Positions 24,767 to 34,673 of a stretch of 64,000 bases of DNA are shown piece by piece. The stretch comes from Bacilli bacterium (lineage in GTDB: Bacteria > Bacillota_I > Bacilli_A > RFN20 > CAG-826), in assembly GCA_051872335.1 (NCBI GenBank), contig JBJEDT010000041.1, forward strand, positions 147 to 64,146, in the 5' to 3' direction. The position numbers were made by a program, and so were the translations under genes. The first letter of the stretch is position 1. Each line of letters opens with the position of its first letter. The notes below the pieces were generated by a model. That model saw nothing but the letters and a program-made list of their open reading frames with translations. It did no database searches and was not told the DNA's origin.

Positions 24767-26920
24767 ATGAAAAAGAAAATTCTTTTTGGCTTAGCATCTG
24801 GAGTTATGGCTCTTTCACTAGCAACAGGCTGTGGAGATAAACCTTTAACACCAGATCCAGTAGATGATTATGTCCCTGACTTATCAAAATCAGTAACATT
24901 ATCAATTTCTAACAACTACGATAAAAGCACTGGTATGAAGTATACTCAAGACACTGACTATACAACACCTGCTGGTACTGTTATTAAGAAAGGTGCATTT
25001 AAACCAGTTTATCAAAAACTTCAAGAGACATTAAACTTTGTTATTGACGATGTTACATCATCTTCAGTTAAAGCAGTCGATCAATTCTCAAATGATTGGA
25101 TGACAAACCAATATGCTGATATTGCTTCAGGTAATGTTTCTAAAATCACTGAATATTCAGTATCTGGTACATCAGAAACAATTCTTGATATTAGTGAATA
25201 TTTAGATTACTTACCAAATTTCAAAAAATTCATTCAAGAAAATGCAATTGTTTCAGAAACAATTTACACAGAAAAATGGGGAGATCAAAATGATGTTGGT
25301 ATCTACTATTTCCCTTATTTCGATGGTATTAACGATTTAGAAAAAATGACTCTTTTAAGAGCAGACTATGTAAGAAAATTATTAGATGCTGACTTATCTG
25401 ATTCAGACTATGATACAAATGCTTCAATTTGGACAACAAATGAATACACACCTTCTGTTGAAGATGATTCATATTCTGTAACTGTACCAGTTTCATTAGA
25501 ATCAAATGAAACTAAAGTTATTACAAAAGCTGCTGGTGTTACAAACATCATTGCTCAACAAAATGCTTTATCTGCTGCTGATAGAACAGGTAAAGTAATG
25601 GTTCAACAATTAAGAAAATATATTGATGACAAATATGGTGATCAATTTGCTAAACGTTCTGATTTATTCTTAGGTGTTGATTCATGTTACGATGCAGATG
25701 AAATGATTGCATTAATGCGTGTTGTACGTGTTTCACCAAAATTATTAACAGGTAGTGAAACTGTAGAAATGGTACCATTTGTTCCTCGTGAATATAACAA
25801 CCAACGTATTGCTGATATGTATAGATGGGCTGGCCAATTATGGGGTGTCCGTGGTCTAGAATCTCGTTCTGGATACTTATACATTGATTCAAACGGCAAA
25901 TTACAAGATGCTCGTGGTAGCGAAAAAACAGTTAAAGTCTTAGAAAACTTAAATGCTTTATATAAAGAAGGTTTAATCTTAAAAGACTTCGAAACTGCTG
26001 CAGGATATGGTGTAACTAATGGTAAATTTGCTGAAGCTATCGTTGTCGGTGGTAATGCAAATTACTCAGGATTTATGGAATACGATTATTCACAAACACA
26101 AGGTGTTTGGAATGATAAAGCAGGCTCACAAGCAATTGAAGGATATGATTTTAGACCTGTATTAGGTGCTGTAAGTAAATTAGACGCTGAAAGTGTTGAC
26201 GGATATGTTCACTTTACAGAATCTTGGAGATCAGTCAAATCTCAAGGTTGGTGTTTAAATGCTTCATTAAAGAATGATAACGATAAATTAATGAGAGCTC
26301 TTGCATTATGTGACTACTTATATTCAGATGAAGGACAACAATTAAATTCATTTGGTCCAGAAGACGAAGGTTACACTTCAGGTACATTTAACTACCAAGG
26401 TAGAGAAGTTGCTAAATTCACAGATGAAGCTTTAGCACAATTAAATAACGCTGATATCGGTGGTGGTTCATATACTAACTACTTACGTAAATTCGTTGGT
26501 GCTACATTACCAGTAGGATACGTAAAAGAACAAGGTATGGAATATCAATGTACATCAGAAAATGCTAAAAATGGTTTAGCAATTATTAACAAAGCTATTG
26601 AACTTGGAACATACAAACACGTTGAATTAAAACACACTGAAGATCCATTCTTCACAATCGTTCCATCAACATTCGCTGTATCAAGAGGTTCAGTTGCTGT
26701 AAAACAAATGTTAGAGGATAAAACAAAATTAGGTGCTATCCATTCAGAAAGTAAAACTGATAACTACAATATGTGGGATAAATACGTTATGAATGGTTTC
26801 GGTAGCGTTGATCCAGAAACATTAACACAAGAACAATACTTAAAATTAATTAACGAAACATATTCATTAGAAGTCTTAGTAAAAATTTACCAAGATGCAT
26901 ATGACTATATGGTCGCTTAA
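24767..26920 (+). CDS. Extracellular solute-binding lipoprotein, unusually large (717 aa, LplA-like)
   Basis: Lipobox 'LSLATGC'. It sits directly after the two permeases, and its codon usage suggests high expression. Confidence 0.8.
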   Translation: MKKKILFGLASGVMALSLATGCGDKPLTPDPVDDYVPDLSKSVTLSISNNYDKSTGMKYTQDTDYTTPAGTVIKKGAFKPVYQKLQETLNFVIDDVTSSSVKAVDQFSNDWMTNQYADIASGNVSKITEYSVSGTSETILDISEYLDYLPNFKKFIQENAIVSETIYTEKWGDQNDVGIYYFPYFDGINDLEKMTLLRADYVRKLLDADLSDSDYDTNASIWTTNEYTPSVEDDSYSVTVPVSLESNETKVITKAAGVTNIIAQQNALSAADRTGKVMVQQLRKYIDDKYGDQFAKRSDLFLGVDSCYDADEMIALMRVVRVSPKLLTGSETVEMVPFVPREYNNQRIADMYRWAGQLWGVRGLESRSGYLYIDSNGKLQDARGSEKTVKVLENLNALYKEGLILKDFETAAGYGVTNGKFAEAIVVGGNANYSGFMEYDYSQTQGVWNDKAGSQAIEGYDFRPVLGAVSKLDAESVDGYVHFTESWRSVKSQGWCLNASLKNDNDKLMRALALCDYLYSDEGQQLNSFGPEDEGYTSGTFNYQGREVAKFTDEALAQLNNADIGGGSYTNYLRKFVGATLPVGYVKEQGMEYQCTSENAKNGLAIINKAIELGTYKHVELKHTEDPFFTIVPSTFAVSRGSVAVKQMLEDKTKLGAIHSESKTDNYNMWDKYVMNGFGSVDPETLTQEQYLKLINETYSLEVLVKIYQDAYDYMVA

Positions 26921-26939
26921 TAAATATTAAATTCACTTT

Positions 26940-26980
26940 AGAGATGAGCATTATGCTCAATGCTCATCTCTTCCTTCTTA
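26940..26980 (+). terminator. Strong hairpin after the binding-protein gene (partial terminator or attenuator)
   Basis: AGAGATGAGCAT-loop-ATGCTCATCTCT (12 bp) followed by only a weak T-tract (TCCTTCTT). Confidence 0.45.
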
Positions 26981-26997
26981 GGTAAAGGAGTATAAAT

Positions 26998-27732
26998 ATG
27001 GAAGAACAAAACGTAAAACAAAAAAATAATGAATTATTAAATAAACTATGTAAGTTACAACGACCTTTAATGTTAGGTTTATTATTTGTAGCAGTAGCTC
27101 TTTTAATTTATTCTTTTATATTTATGTCACCATTTTATGATATGTATATTTTAGATGGTCGTTTCTTATTATCAAACTTAGAAAATTGGGGAATTGATTA
27201 TACCACACTTCCCGAAGAGTCTTATTTGTATAAAGGAGATTCAACAAAAGTTATTGGTATCTCTATTACATATTTTACAAATTTCACTAGAGAAGGTGGC
27301 ATGCAAGCTTTTAATCATGCCATATTTACCCTTGGTATTATTGGAATTTTATTAGTTGGCGTTTTATATATTTATAGATCTCAATTAAGAAAAAGATATT
27401 ACGCAACAAACTTTGTTGTGATTGGTATAGTTTGTGCTTTCTTTTTAGGAACATCAATTTATATGTTAATTGAATTACTACATTGGTTCTCATATGTAAA
27501 AGACATTAATTATGAAATTATTAATTACTATTATTGTGATATGTACCTACTAACTGAATATACTGAAGTATTTTCTGCAGCGACTTCTAAATGGGTCTTT
27601 GTAGTTGGTTTTGTATTAACAGGAATTATTATTTTATCTGTAATATTAACTGTTGTATTTACTGCAATTAAAGCAAGAACACAAAAATTAGCTGGCAAAA
27701 TAGATACAAGTGGGGTGGTTATTAATGACTAA
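26998..27732 (+). CDS. Uncharacterised 4-TM membrane protein (type 'A')
   Basis: AAAGGAG lies upstream. There are four hydrophobic helices with an ~70-aa loop after TM1. Its N-terminal region is similar in layout to the 29310 product ('FMSPFYDM' vs 'VFSPVFDR'). Confidence 0.6.
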   Translation: MEEQNVKQKNNELLNKLCKLQRPLMLGLLFVAVALLIYSFIFMSPFYDMYILDGRFLLSNLENWGIDYTTLPEESYLYKGDSTKVIGISITYFTNFTREGGMQAFNHAIFTLGIIGILLVGVLYIYRSQLRKRYYATNFVVIGIVCAFFLGTSIYMLIELLHWFSYVKDINYEIINYYYCDMYLLTEYTEVFSAATSKWVFVVGFVLTGIIILSVILTVVFTAIKARTQKLAGKIDTSGVVIND

Positions 27733-28222
27733 AGATATGGGTCAAGAAACGATGTCAAAAGAAGAATTATATAAAACAAAAAGTGATATTATGCGTTATG
27801 CATCCAATAAATTTGGTTTTTGGTTTTGTATATTAGCAATTGTTTTTGATGTAGCGATGTTCCTTATTATATATACAGAAAAAAATTGTACACCAGATTT
27901 CCAATTGGGTATTGATTTATTAGTTAACGTTATTTTCTTATTAGCAAGTTTTTTACTTGCTGAAAAAATGAAAGTATATTCATTAAAATCAACATATGTT
28001 GGTTTCGCAATGGCAGGCATTCAAATCTTACGAATCTTTTGGATACCATTAAAATATTTTTTACATACAACTAGTGCAGGTGTAAGAGGATTAAGTGGTG
28101 CACAATTTACTTGGTGTATTATTTTATTAGCTGCATCAGCATTATGCTTAGTAGCTGCTAGTATAGTAACTATGCAAAGAAGTATTAGATTGACAAAACA
28201 TTTAAAAGAAATAGAGGAGTAA
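27725..28222 (+). CDS. Uncharacterised 4-TM membrane protein (type 'B')
   Basis: ATG 27725 follows GGGGTGG and overlaps the upstream stop by 8 nt. There are four TM helices. Confidence 0.6.
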   Translation: MTKDMGQETMSKEELYKTKSDIMRYASNKFGFWFCILAIVFDVAMFLIIYTEKNCTPDFQLGIDLLVNVIFLLASFLLAEKMKVYSLKSTYVGFAMAGIQILRIFWIPLKYFLHTTSAGVRGLSGAQFTWCIILLAASALCLVAASIVTMQRSIRLTKHLKEIEE

Positions 28223-28225
28223 TAT

Positions 28226-29299
28226 ATGGCTGGATTAAAGTTAGATCATTTGAAAAAAGTTTATGACGGCGGAGTTACTGCTGTATATGATTTCGATATT
28301 GATATAAAAGATGGTGAATTTATTGTTATAGTTGGCCCATCAGGTTGTGGAAAATCAACGACATTACGTATGATTGCTGGACTTGAAGAAATTACTGAAG
28401 GTCATGCATTTGTTGGTGAAAAAGAAGTTACTAATTTAGCAAGTAAAGAACGTGATATGGCTATGGTTTTCCAAAACTATGCTTTATATGCACATATGAC
28501 AATTTATCAAAACATGGCTTTCTCATTAACTTTAAGAAAAGAAAATCCTGTTGTTATTCATGAAAAAGTTATGAAAGCAGCTGAAATCTTAGATTTAAAA
28601 AATCAACTTAATAAAAAACCAAAACAATTATCTGGTGGTCAAAGACAACGTGTTGCATTAGGAAGAGCTATTGTTAGAAACCCACAAGTATTCTTATTTG
28701 ATGAACCTTTATCTAATTTGGATGCTAAACTTCGTGTTTCAATGCGTCGTGAAATTAAGTTATTACATCAAAAATTAAATGCAACTATGATTTATGTTAC
28801 TCACGACCAAGTTGAAGCTTTGACATTAGCAGATAGAATAGTTGTTATGTCTATGGGTTACGTTCAACAAATTGGAACACCATTAGAGATTTATTCTGAT
28901 CCAAATAATAAATTTGTTGCTTCTTTTATTGGAAATCCACCAATGAATTTCTTCAATTGTCACGTTTCTAAAGATGGATTATTAACTTGTGATTCATTCT
29001 CATTTAAATTAGATAAAAAGAGAATCGAATTATTGAAGAAAAATGATTTATTAGATTCTGATATTATTTTAGGTGCAAGACCTGAACACATTATTGATAA
29101 TGGTTCTATTGAAACAACTATTGAATTAATAGAGCATTTAGGTCCTGCTACATTATTCCATGTTTTATTAAAAGATCAAAAGATGGTTGTTAAATTACCT
29201 GGATGGTTAGATTATAAAGTTGGAGAAAAACTTAAAATTAGTTTTAACCAAGATTTGATATGTTTCTTCAATAGTGAAACAGAACAAAGAGTAAGATAG
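28226..29299 (+). CDS. Sugar ABC transporter ATP-binding protein (MsmK/MalK type)
   Basis: GPSGCGKST, LSGGQRQRVALGRAI and FLFDEPLSNLD, with a C-terminal TOBE-like domain. Confidence 0.9.
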   Translation: MAGLKLDHLKKVYDGGVTAVYDFDIDIKDGEFIVIVGPSGCGKSTTLRMIAGLEEITEGHAFVGEKEVTNLASKERDMAMVFQNYALYAHMTIYQNMAFSLTLRKENPVVIHEKVMKAAEILDLKNQLNKKPKQLSGGQRQRVALGRAIVRNPQVFLFDEPLSNLDAKLRVSMRREIKLLHQKLNATMIYVTHDQVEALTLADRIVVMSMGYVQQIGTPLEIYSDPNNKFVASFIGNPPMNFFNCHVSKDGLLTCDSFSFKLDKKRIELLKKNDLLDSDIILGARPEHIIDNGSIETTIELIEHLGPATLFHVLLKDQKMVVKLPGWLDYKVGEKLKISFNQDLICFFNSETEQRVR

Positions 29300-29309
29300 G
29301 AGGTATAAT

Positions 29310-29912
29310 ATGACAAAGAAATCTTTTAAAGATTGGTTATCATTTAGATGCCGTAAATTCGTTATTTCATTAAAAAGAAATTATTATGTTATACCTTTAA
29401 TATTTGTCTTCTTATGTTGTGTTCAATTCTTATGTTGCCTATATGTTTTTTCACCAGTATTTGATAGAATTCCTCAAAAATTTGGTGAATATAACTGTTT
29501 GTTTGTATTTGTTATTTCATTATTAACTATTTTATATTCTGTTGCATATTTAAATTATGCTTTAATTAAATATGGACAAAAAAGACCAATATTTATGTTA
29601 ATATTATATTTCGTAATGTGGGCTGTAGTTATTGTATTATTATTTGTTATATTTAAAGCAAATTCTTTAAATTTAGCAGAGGAATACGCTGATTATGAAG
29701 CAGCCACTTCAGAATCTAAGAAAAATGAATATTTAACTTATATTAATTTAGGCACTCAATGTCAAAATATGCTTTTAACAAATATTGTTTTTGAATTCAT
29801 TTCAGTTGTATTAGTTATTACAGCTCCATTTGTTCAAAAAGCATTTAGAAAGATTAGATTTAAACCAATAGATGAATATGGAAAAGAAAAACAAGAAGAA
29901 CAACAAGAATAG
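29310..29912 (+). CDS. Uncharacterised 4-TM membrane protein (type 'A-prime')
   Basis: AGGAGG lies upstream. It has four TM helices and an acidic tail. Confidence 0.6.
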   Translation: MTKKSFKDWLSFRCRKFVISLKRNYYVIPLIFVFLCCVQFLCCLYVFSPVFDRIPQKFGEYNCLFVFVISLLTILYSVAYLNYALIKYGQKRPIFMLILYFVMWAVVIVLLFVIFKANSLNLAEEYADYEAATSESKKNEYLTYINLGTQCQNMLLTNIVFEFISVVLVITAPFVQKAFRKIRFKPIDEYGKEKQEEQQE

Positions 29913-30450
29913 CGAAAAAATTGAAGTAGTCGTTAATGATTCTTCAAAAACTTATTCAAAAGAAGAAATTGATAAATATCAAAAAACGGGTTTTTGGGCT
30001 AAAATTCCTTATGCTGTCAAAGCTTTAATTTTAAAATACTGGTTTTTTGGTGCTATTGTTTTCTTTGTTATGATGGGCATACCAGGTTTACATTCTATTG
30101 ATTATGCTCTCATTTGTGGAATAGTTGGAGGAGCTATTATTGATGTAGCATGTAATAATTTATTACTTTTAATGGAAGGAGAAGATAAAGAAGCACAACA
30201 TTTTATGATGTATAAATCAAAACGTTGGGCAGGTGTTCTTTCTTTAATCGTAACAATTATTTATGAAATCTTATTATTTGGAGCATCAGCTTACTTTTGC
30301 TCATGGATAGTAAGTATGTATAAAGATCCAGTAAATAATTGGTTTCTACAAGAGCCTTTTACCATTGCTTTAGTTTTATTAGTATTTGACGCTGTTGTTA
30401 TGGCAATAAAATTTGGACTTAAGAAGTTATTCAAAAAGAAAAAAGATTAG
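29872..30450 (+). CDS. Uncharacterised 4-TM membrane protein (type 'B-prime'), start uncertain (29872 or 29878)
   Basis: It overlaps the upstream gene by about 40 nt. It has a Lys-rich N-terminus, four TM helices and a KKKKD tail. Confidence 0.55.
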   Translation: MNMEKKNKKNNKNSEKIEVVVNDSSKTYSKEEIDKYQKTGFWAKIPYAVKALILKYWFFGAIVFFVMMGIPGLHSIDYALICGIVGGAIIDVACNNLLLLMEGEDKEAQHFMMYKSKRWAGVLSLIVTIIYEILLFGASAYFCSWIVSMYKDPVNNWFLQEPFTIALVLLVFDAVVMAIKFGLKKLFKKKKD

Positions 30451-30468
30451 TATTTTAAGGGGAAAAGT

Positions 30469-32004
30469 ATGAAAGTATTATTTATTTCAAGTGTAAGTGT
30501 CACAATTGAATTAGAAAATAAAGAATTGTATTATTCTTCTAATTCTTATGACGTTAGAGTAAATGGTGATATTGTTTTGAAAGATATTAATACCAATGTT
30601 TTTTCTCTTTTTTCTTTAAATCCAAATACTTCATATATAATTAGCGTTAATGGTGAAGAAGATATTCAGATACAGACAGATGAAGTATCGCAAATTATTT
30701 CTACTAATGATTTTGATATTCAAAATGACGGTAGTAAAGATGTCACTTCGCAATTACAAGTTTTAATTGATCAAGCTTCAAAAAATTCGCTAATCGTAAT
30801 CGAAGAAGGTAAATATTTATTTACAACATTAAAATTAAAAAATGATATTACACTTTATTTAAAAAAAGATGCTATTTTATCTGCTAGCATTAATCAAGAT
30901 GATTATAAAGAAATTGATGGCGAAATTAATTTAGATAATGGAGAAGTATTTCAATTAGGCACATGGGAAGGTCACCCTTCTAGAATGAAAGAATCAATGA
31001 TTTTAGGAATTAATAATAGTAATGTTAAAATTGTTGGAGAAGGAATCATTGATGGTAATGCCCAATTATCTACTTGGTGGCAAGATTTTAAATCAAAACC
31101 ATATGCTCGACCACATCTTATATTTTTAAATCATTGTCAAAATATAACTATTCAAGGTATCGAACTAAAAAATTCTCCACAGTGGACGGTACATCCATAT
31201 TTTTGTAAAAATGTTAATATGTATGATTTTGCTATTAATAATCCAAAAATATCACCTAATACAGATGGAATAAATCCGCAATGTTGTAATGGGGTTAATA
31301 TTATTGGTGTTCGTTTTTCCTTAGGTGATGATTGTATAGCCTTAAAATCAGGAAAGATGTACATTGGAAAAAAATACAAAGAACCTACTCAAAATGTTGT
31401 TATCCGTAATTGTCTAATGGAATATGGACATGGTGCTGTTGTTTTAGGATCAGAAATGAGTGGTGGTCTAAAAAATATTACTGTCGAAAGATGTATTTTT
31501 AGTCATACTGATAGAGGCTTAAGAATAAAGACACGTAGAGGTAGAGGTAATACATGTATTGTTGATGGAATTGAATTTAAGAATATTAAAATGATAAATG
31601 TTTTAAATCCTCTGGTAATTAATATGTTTTATTTTTGTGATCCTGATGGTAAAACCGAATATGTTTATTCAAAAGAAAAACTACCTGTTGATGAAGGAAC
31701 ACCTTACTTAGGAAAATTTACTTTTAAAAATATTATAGCAACTGAATGTGAACAAAGTGCTGGATATTTTTATGGTTTACCAGAAATGCCAATAAGTGAA
31801 ATTGTTATCGAAGATAGCTCTTTTAGTTTCAAAGAAAAAGCTAGTGAAGGTACTCCTGCAATGATGAGTTTTGCTGAAGTTTGTTCTAAACGAGGATTTA
31901 TATTTAGAAACGTAAATAAAGTTAAACTTAAAAATGTTGAACTTAAAGGTTATGTAGGCGAAAAAGTAATATTAGATGGGAATGAAAGTTATGAAGAGTG
32001 TTAG
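30469..32004 (+). CDS. Glycoside hydrolase family 28 (exo-polygalacturonase-like), no signal peptide
   Basis: GH28 signatures 'NTDGINP', 'GDDCIALKSG', 'GHGAVVLGSE' and 'RGLRIKT'. Confidence 0.9.
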   Translation: MKVLFISSVSVTIELENKELYYSSNSYDVRVNGDIVLKDINTNVFSLFSLNPNTSYIISVNGEEDIQIQTDEVSQIISTNDFDIQNDGSKDVTSQLQVLIDQASKNSLIVIEEGKYLFTTLKLKNDITLYLKKDAILSASINQDDYKEIDGEINLDNGEVFQLGTWEGHPSRMKESMILGINNSNVKIVGEGIIDGNAQLSTWWQDFKSKPYARPHLIFLNHCQNITIQGIELKNSPQWTVHPYFCKNVNMYDFAINNPKISPNTDGINPQCCNGVNIIGVRFSLGDDCIALKSGKMYIGKKYKEPTQNVVIRNCLMEYGHGAVVLGSEMSGGLKNITVERCIFSHTDRGLRIKTRRGRGNTCIVDGIEFKNIKMINVLNPLVINMFYFCDPDGKTEYVYSKEKLPVDEGTPYLGKFTFKNIIATECEQSAGYFYGLPEMPISEIVIEDSSFSFKEKASEGTPAMMSFAEVCSKRGFIFRNVNKVKLKNVELKGYVGEKVILDGNESYEEC

Positions 32005-32560
32005 TAATATTAAATCTTATCTATTATGTGATAATAATCTCGTTGACGTTTTACTTATTGAAAAAGCTCTTTCAATTTTATTAAAGCATGATGTAAAATT
32101 AAAAAAAATAGATGAATTAATTGAAGTAAGTGAATTAAGTTATGGTGATATGGCTACTCTTAGTGTCTCACTTAATACATTAAGAATAGATCATAATTTA
32201 GATTATTTATCTTTAATTATTGTACCTTTGTATAACACTTTTTATTTAAAAGATGTTAAATTTAAAAAAACCGGTGTTTTCTTCTTGCATGAAGTAATTC
32301 TTGCTACTTCAAAAGATGAAAAGAATAGCATACCGTATATTATTGAAATGTTTAACCATATACCAAAAGAAATACTTGTAACAGTTAAAAATTATATTAA
32401 TTGTAATCATTCGTTAACTTTTACAGGTGAGTATATGTTTGCTCATCGGAACACAATAAATTATCGAGTCAATAAGTTTATAAATTATACTTCTATCGAT
32501 ATTCGGAATATTGACAATTCAATGTTTGTAAGTGTAATTTTAAATTTAATGGATATCTAG
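31976..32560 (+). CDS. Small regulator with PucR/CdaR-type C-terminal HTH, start uncertain
   Basis: The C-terminus 'FAHRNTINYRVNKFINYTSIDIRN' resembles the PucR_C HTH. It overlaps the GH28 3' end by about 29 nt. Confidence 0.5.
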   Translation: MGMKVMKSVSNIKSYLLCDNNLVDVLLIEKALSILLKHDVKLKKIDELIEVSELSYGDMATLSVSLNTLRIDHNLDYLSLIIVPLYNTFYLKDVKFKKTGVFFLHEVILATSKDEKNSIPYIIEMFNHIPKEILVTVKNYINCNHSLTFTGEYMFAHRNTINYRVNKFINYTSIDIRNIDNSMFVSVILNLMDI

Positions 32561-32571
32561 GAGGAGTACTT

Positions 32572-33240
32572 ATGGCTAATACAGTAGAACAAATTTATGA
32601 AGAATTAAGAAATAGAATTATCAATCTGGATTTAGTACCTGGAACAAAAATTAAAGAAGAAGATTTAGCTGAAGAGTATCATACATCTAGAACACCTATT
32701 CGAAGCGTAATTGCTCGTTTAGAAAAAGATGGCTTAGTAGAAGTAATGCCTAAAAAAGGTACATATGTTTCAAAAATTGAGTCCACTGATATGAACACTC
32801 TTATATATATAAGAAAAGCAGTTGAGATGTCCATTCTTGATTTACTAGCAGGTAATTTAACAGAATCGCAAATTGAAAAATTGACTTTAATATTAAACGA
32901 ACAAAAAGACATAATTTCTATGGATACATCAATTTCAAAGTCACGTTTGTTCTATGAAAATGATAATAAGTTTCATGAAACATTATTTGAATTTGCATCG
33001 CAATCGAGAGCTTGGGAAATAGTATCTAAAAATGCTACTGCATTAAATAGAGTTCGAGTTATGGCTAACTTACGTGAGTCTAGTCGAGTTGAAGAAATCT
33101 ATGAATATCATTTAAAGATGGTTGAAAATTTGATTAGTGGAAATGCAGAAGCAGCAAAAAAATTATTTGCAGACCATCTTGATGGTGGTTTTGACGGATT
33201 AAATACAGTTATAGAAAAATATACAGATTATTTTTTATAA
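32572..33240 (+). CDS. GntR-family transcriptional regulator (FadR/FCD subfamily)
   Basis: Winged HTH 'PGTKIKEEDLAEEYHTSRTPIRSVIARLEKDGLVEV' plus a helical C-terminal domain. Confidence 0.9.
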   Translation: MANTVEQIYEELRNRIINLDLVPGTKIKEEDLAEEYHTSRTPIRSVIARLEKDGLVEVMPKKGTYVSKIESTDMNTLIYIRKAVEMSILDLLAGNLTESQIEKLTLILNEQKDIISMDTSISKSRLFYENDNKFHETLFEFASQSRAWEIVSKNATALNRVRVMANLRESSRVEEIYEYHLKMVENLISGNAEAAKKLFADHLDGGFDGLNTVIEKYTDYFL

Positions 33241-33260
33241 AATAAAGAAGGTGCATTAAT

Positions 33261-34673
33261 ATGAAAAAGTTTCTAGATAAAGATTTTCTTTTAAAAACAG
33301 AAACATCAAAAATACTTTATCATGAGTATGCAGAGAAAATGCCTATTTATGATTATCATTGTCATTTATCTGCAAAAGATATTTATGAAGATAAAAAATT
33401 TGAATCAATTACTGATTTATGGTTAGTTGAAGGACATTTTGGTGATCATTATAAATGGAGAGCAATGCGTAATAATGGTGTAAGTGAAAAATTTATTACA
33501 GGTGATGCTTCTAAAGAAGAGAAATTTATGAAGTGGGCAGAAACAGTTCCTTATACTGTTGGCAATCCTTTATATCATTGGACACATTTGGAATTACAAA
33601 AATATTTTGGCTTTAAAGGAATTTTTTCTCCTGAAACTGCTAAAGATTTGTATTCTAAAATGAATAAAAAGCTCCAAAAAATGACAGCTCGTAAAATTAT
33701 AGATATGAGTAATGTTGATACACTTTGTACTACCGATGATCCAATTGATGATTTAAAGTATCATACATTATTAAAACAAGAAGGAAAATTTAAAACTAAA
33801 GTTTATCCCGCTTTTAGACCTGATAAAGTTGTAAATATTGATTGGGAAACATTTGTACCATATATTAAACAATTAGAAAAAGTTGTAGGTTATAAAATCA
33901 AAGATATTGATACATTAGAAAAAGCATTATGTGAAAGAATTGACTTTTTCCATGAACACGATTGTAGAGTTTCTGACCATGCTCTTGATGTTGTAATGTA
34001 TGAAGAAGCAACAAAAGTAGAAATAAATAAAATTTTTAAAAAAGCTTTAAGTGGCAAAACTTTAACAAATAAAGAAATTGCACAATACAGAGGATATATT
34101 ATTGTTTTCTTTGGAAAGCAATATAAAGCACATGGTTGGGTTCAACAATACCACATTAAAGCTTTAAGAAACAACTCATCTCGTATGATGAAAGAAATTG
34201 GTCCAGATACTGGCTTTGATGCAATAAATGATGGAAATATTGCATCTGCTTTATCTAAAATTTTAAATGCATTAGATTCAACTGGAGAATTACCAAAAAC
34301 AATATTATATTCACTAAATCCTGGAGATAATGAACTTCTAGCAACTTTAGCTTTCTGTTTTGCTGAAGAAGGAGTTCCAGGAAAAATGCAACTTGGAAGT
34401 GCTTGGTGGTTCTTAGACCAAAAAGATGGAATGGAAAAGCAAATTACTGCTTTATCAAATTTAGGACTATTATCAAAATTCGTTGGTATGTTAACTGATT
34501 CTAGATCATTTTTAAGTTATACACGTCATGAATATTTTAGAAGAATCTTATGTAATAAAATTGGTGAATTAGTTGAAAATGGTGAGTATCCAAACGACAT
34601 TGAATTCTTAGGTAAAATTGTTCAAGATATTTGCTTTAACAATGCTAAAAATTATTTTGATGCGAGTAGATAA
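33261..34673 (+). CDS. uxaC: Glucuronate isomerase
   Basis: 470 aa with N-terminus 'FLDKDFLL...ILYHEYA..MPIYDYHCHL', characteristic of UxaC. Confidence 0.9.
   Translation: MKKFLDKDFLLKTETSKILYHEYAEKMPIYDYHCHLSAKDIYEDKKFESITDLWLVEGHFGDHYKWRAMRNNGVSEKFITGDASKEEKFMKWAETVPYTVGNPLYHWTHLELQKYFGFKGIFSPETAKDLYSKMNKKLQKMTARKIIDMSNVDTLCTTDDPIDDLKYHTLLKQEGKFKTKVYPAFRPDKVVNIDWETFVPYIKQLEKVVGYKIKDIDTLEKALCERIDFFHEHDCRVSDHALDVVMYEEATKVEINKIFKKALSGKTLTNKEIAQYRGYIIVFFGKQYKAHGWVQQYHIKALRNNSSRMMKEIGPDTGFDAINDGNIASALSKILNALDSTGELPKTILYSLNPGDNELLATLAFCFAEEGVPGKMQLGSAWWFLDQKDGMEKQITALSNLGLLSKFVGMLTDSRSFLSYTRHEYFRRILCNKIGELVENGEYPNDIEFLGKIVQDICFNNAKNYFDASR

Noticed and set aside
24767-26920. Locally higher G+C and different codon usage in the two binding-lipoprotein genes (also 38781-40349), considered as a sign of horizontal transfer
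   Set aside because: The shift is confined to the binding-protein ORFs. It is accompanied by Ala/Gly/Thr-rich composition and preferred codons, which is the usual signature of very highly expressed ABC binding proteins. Flanking permease genes in the same operons have normal composition.
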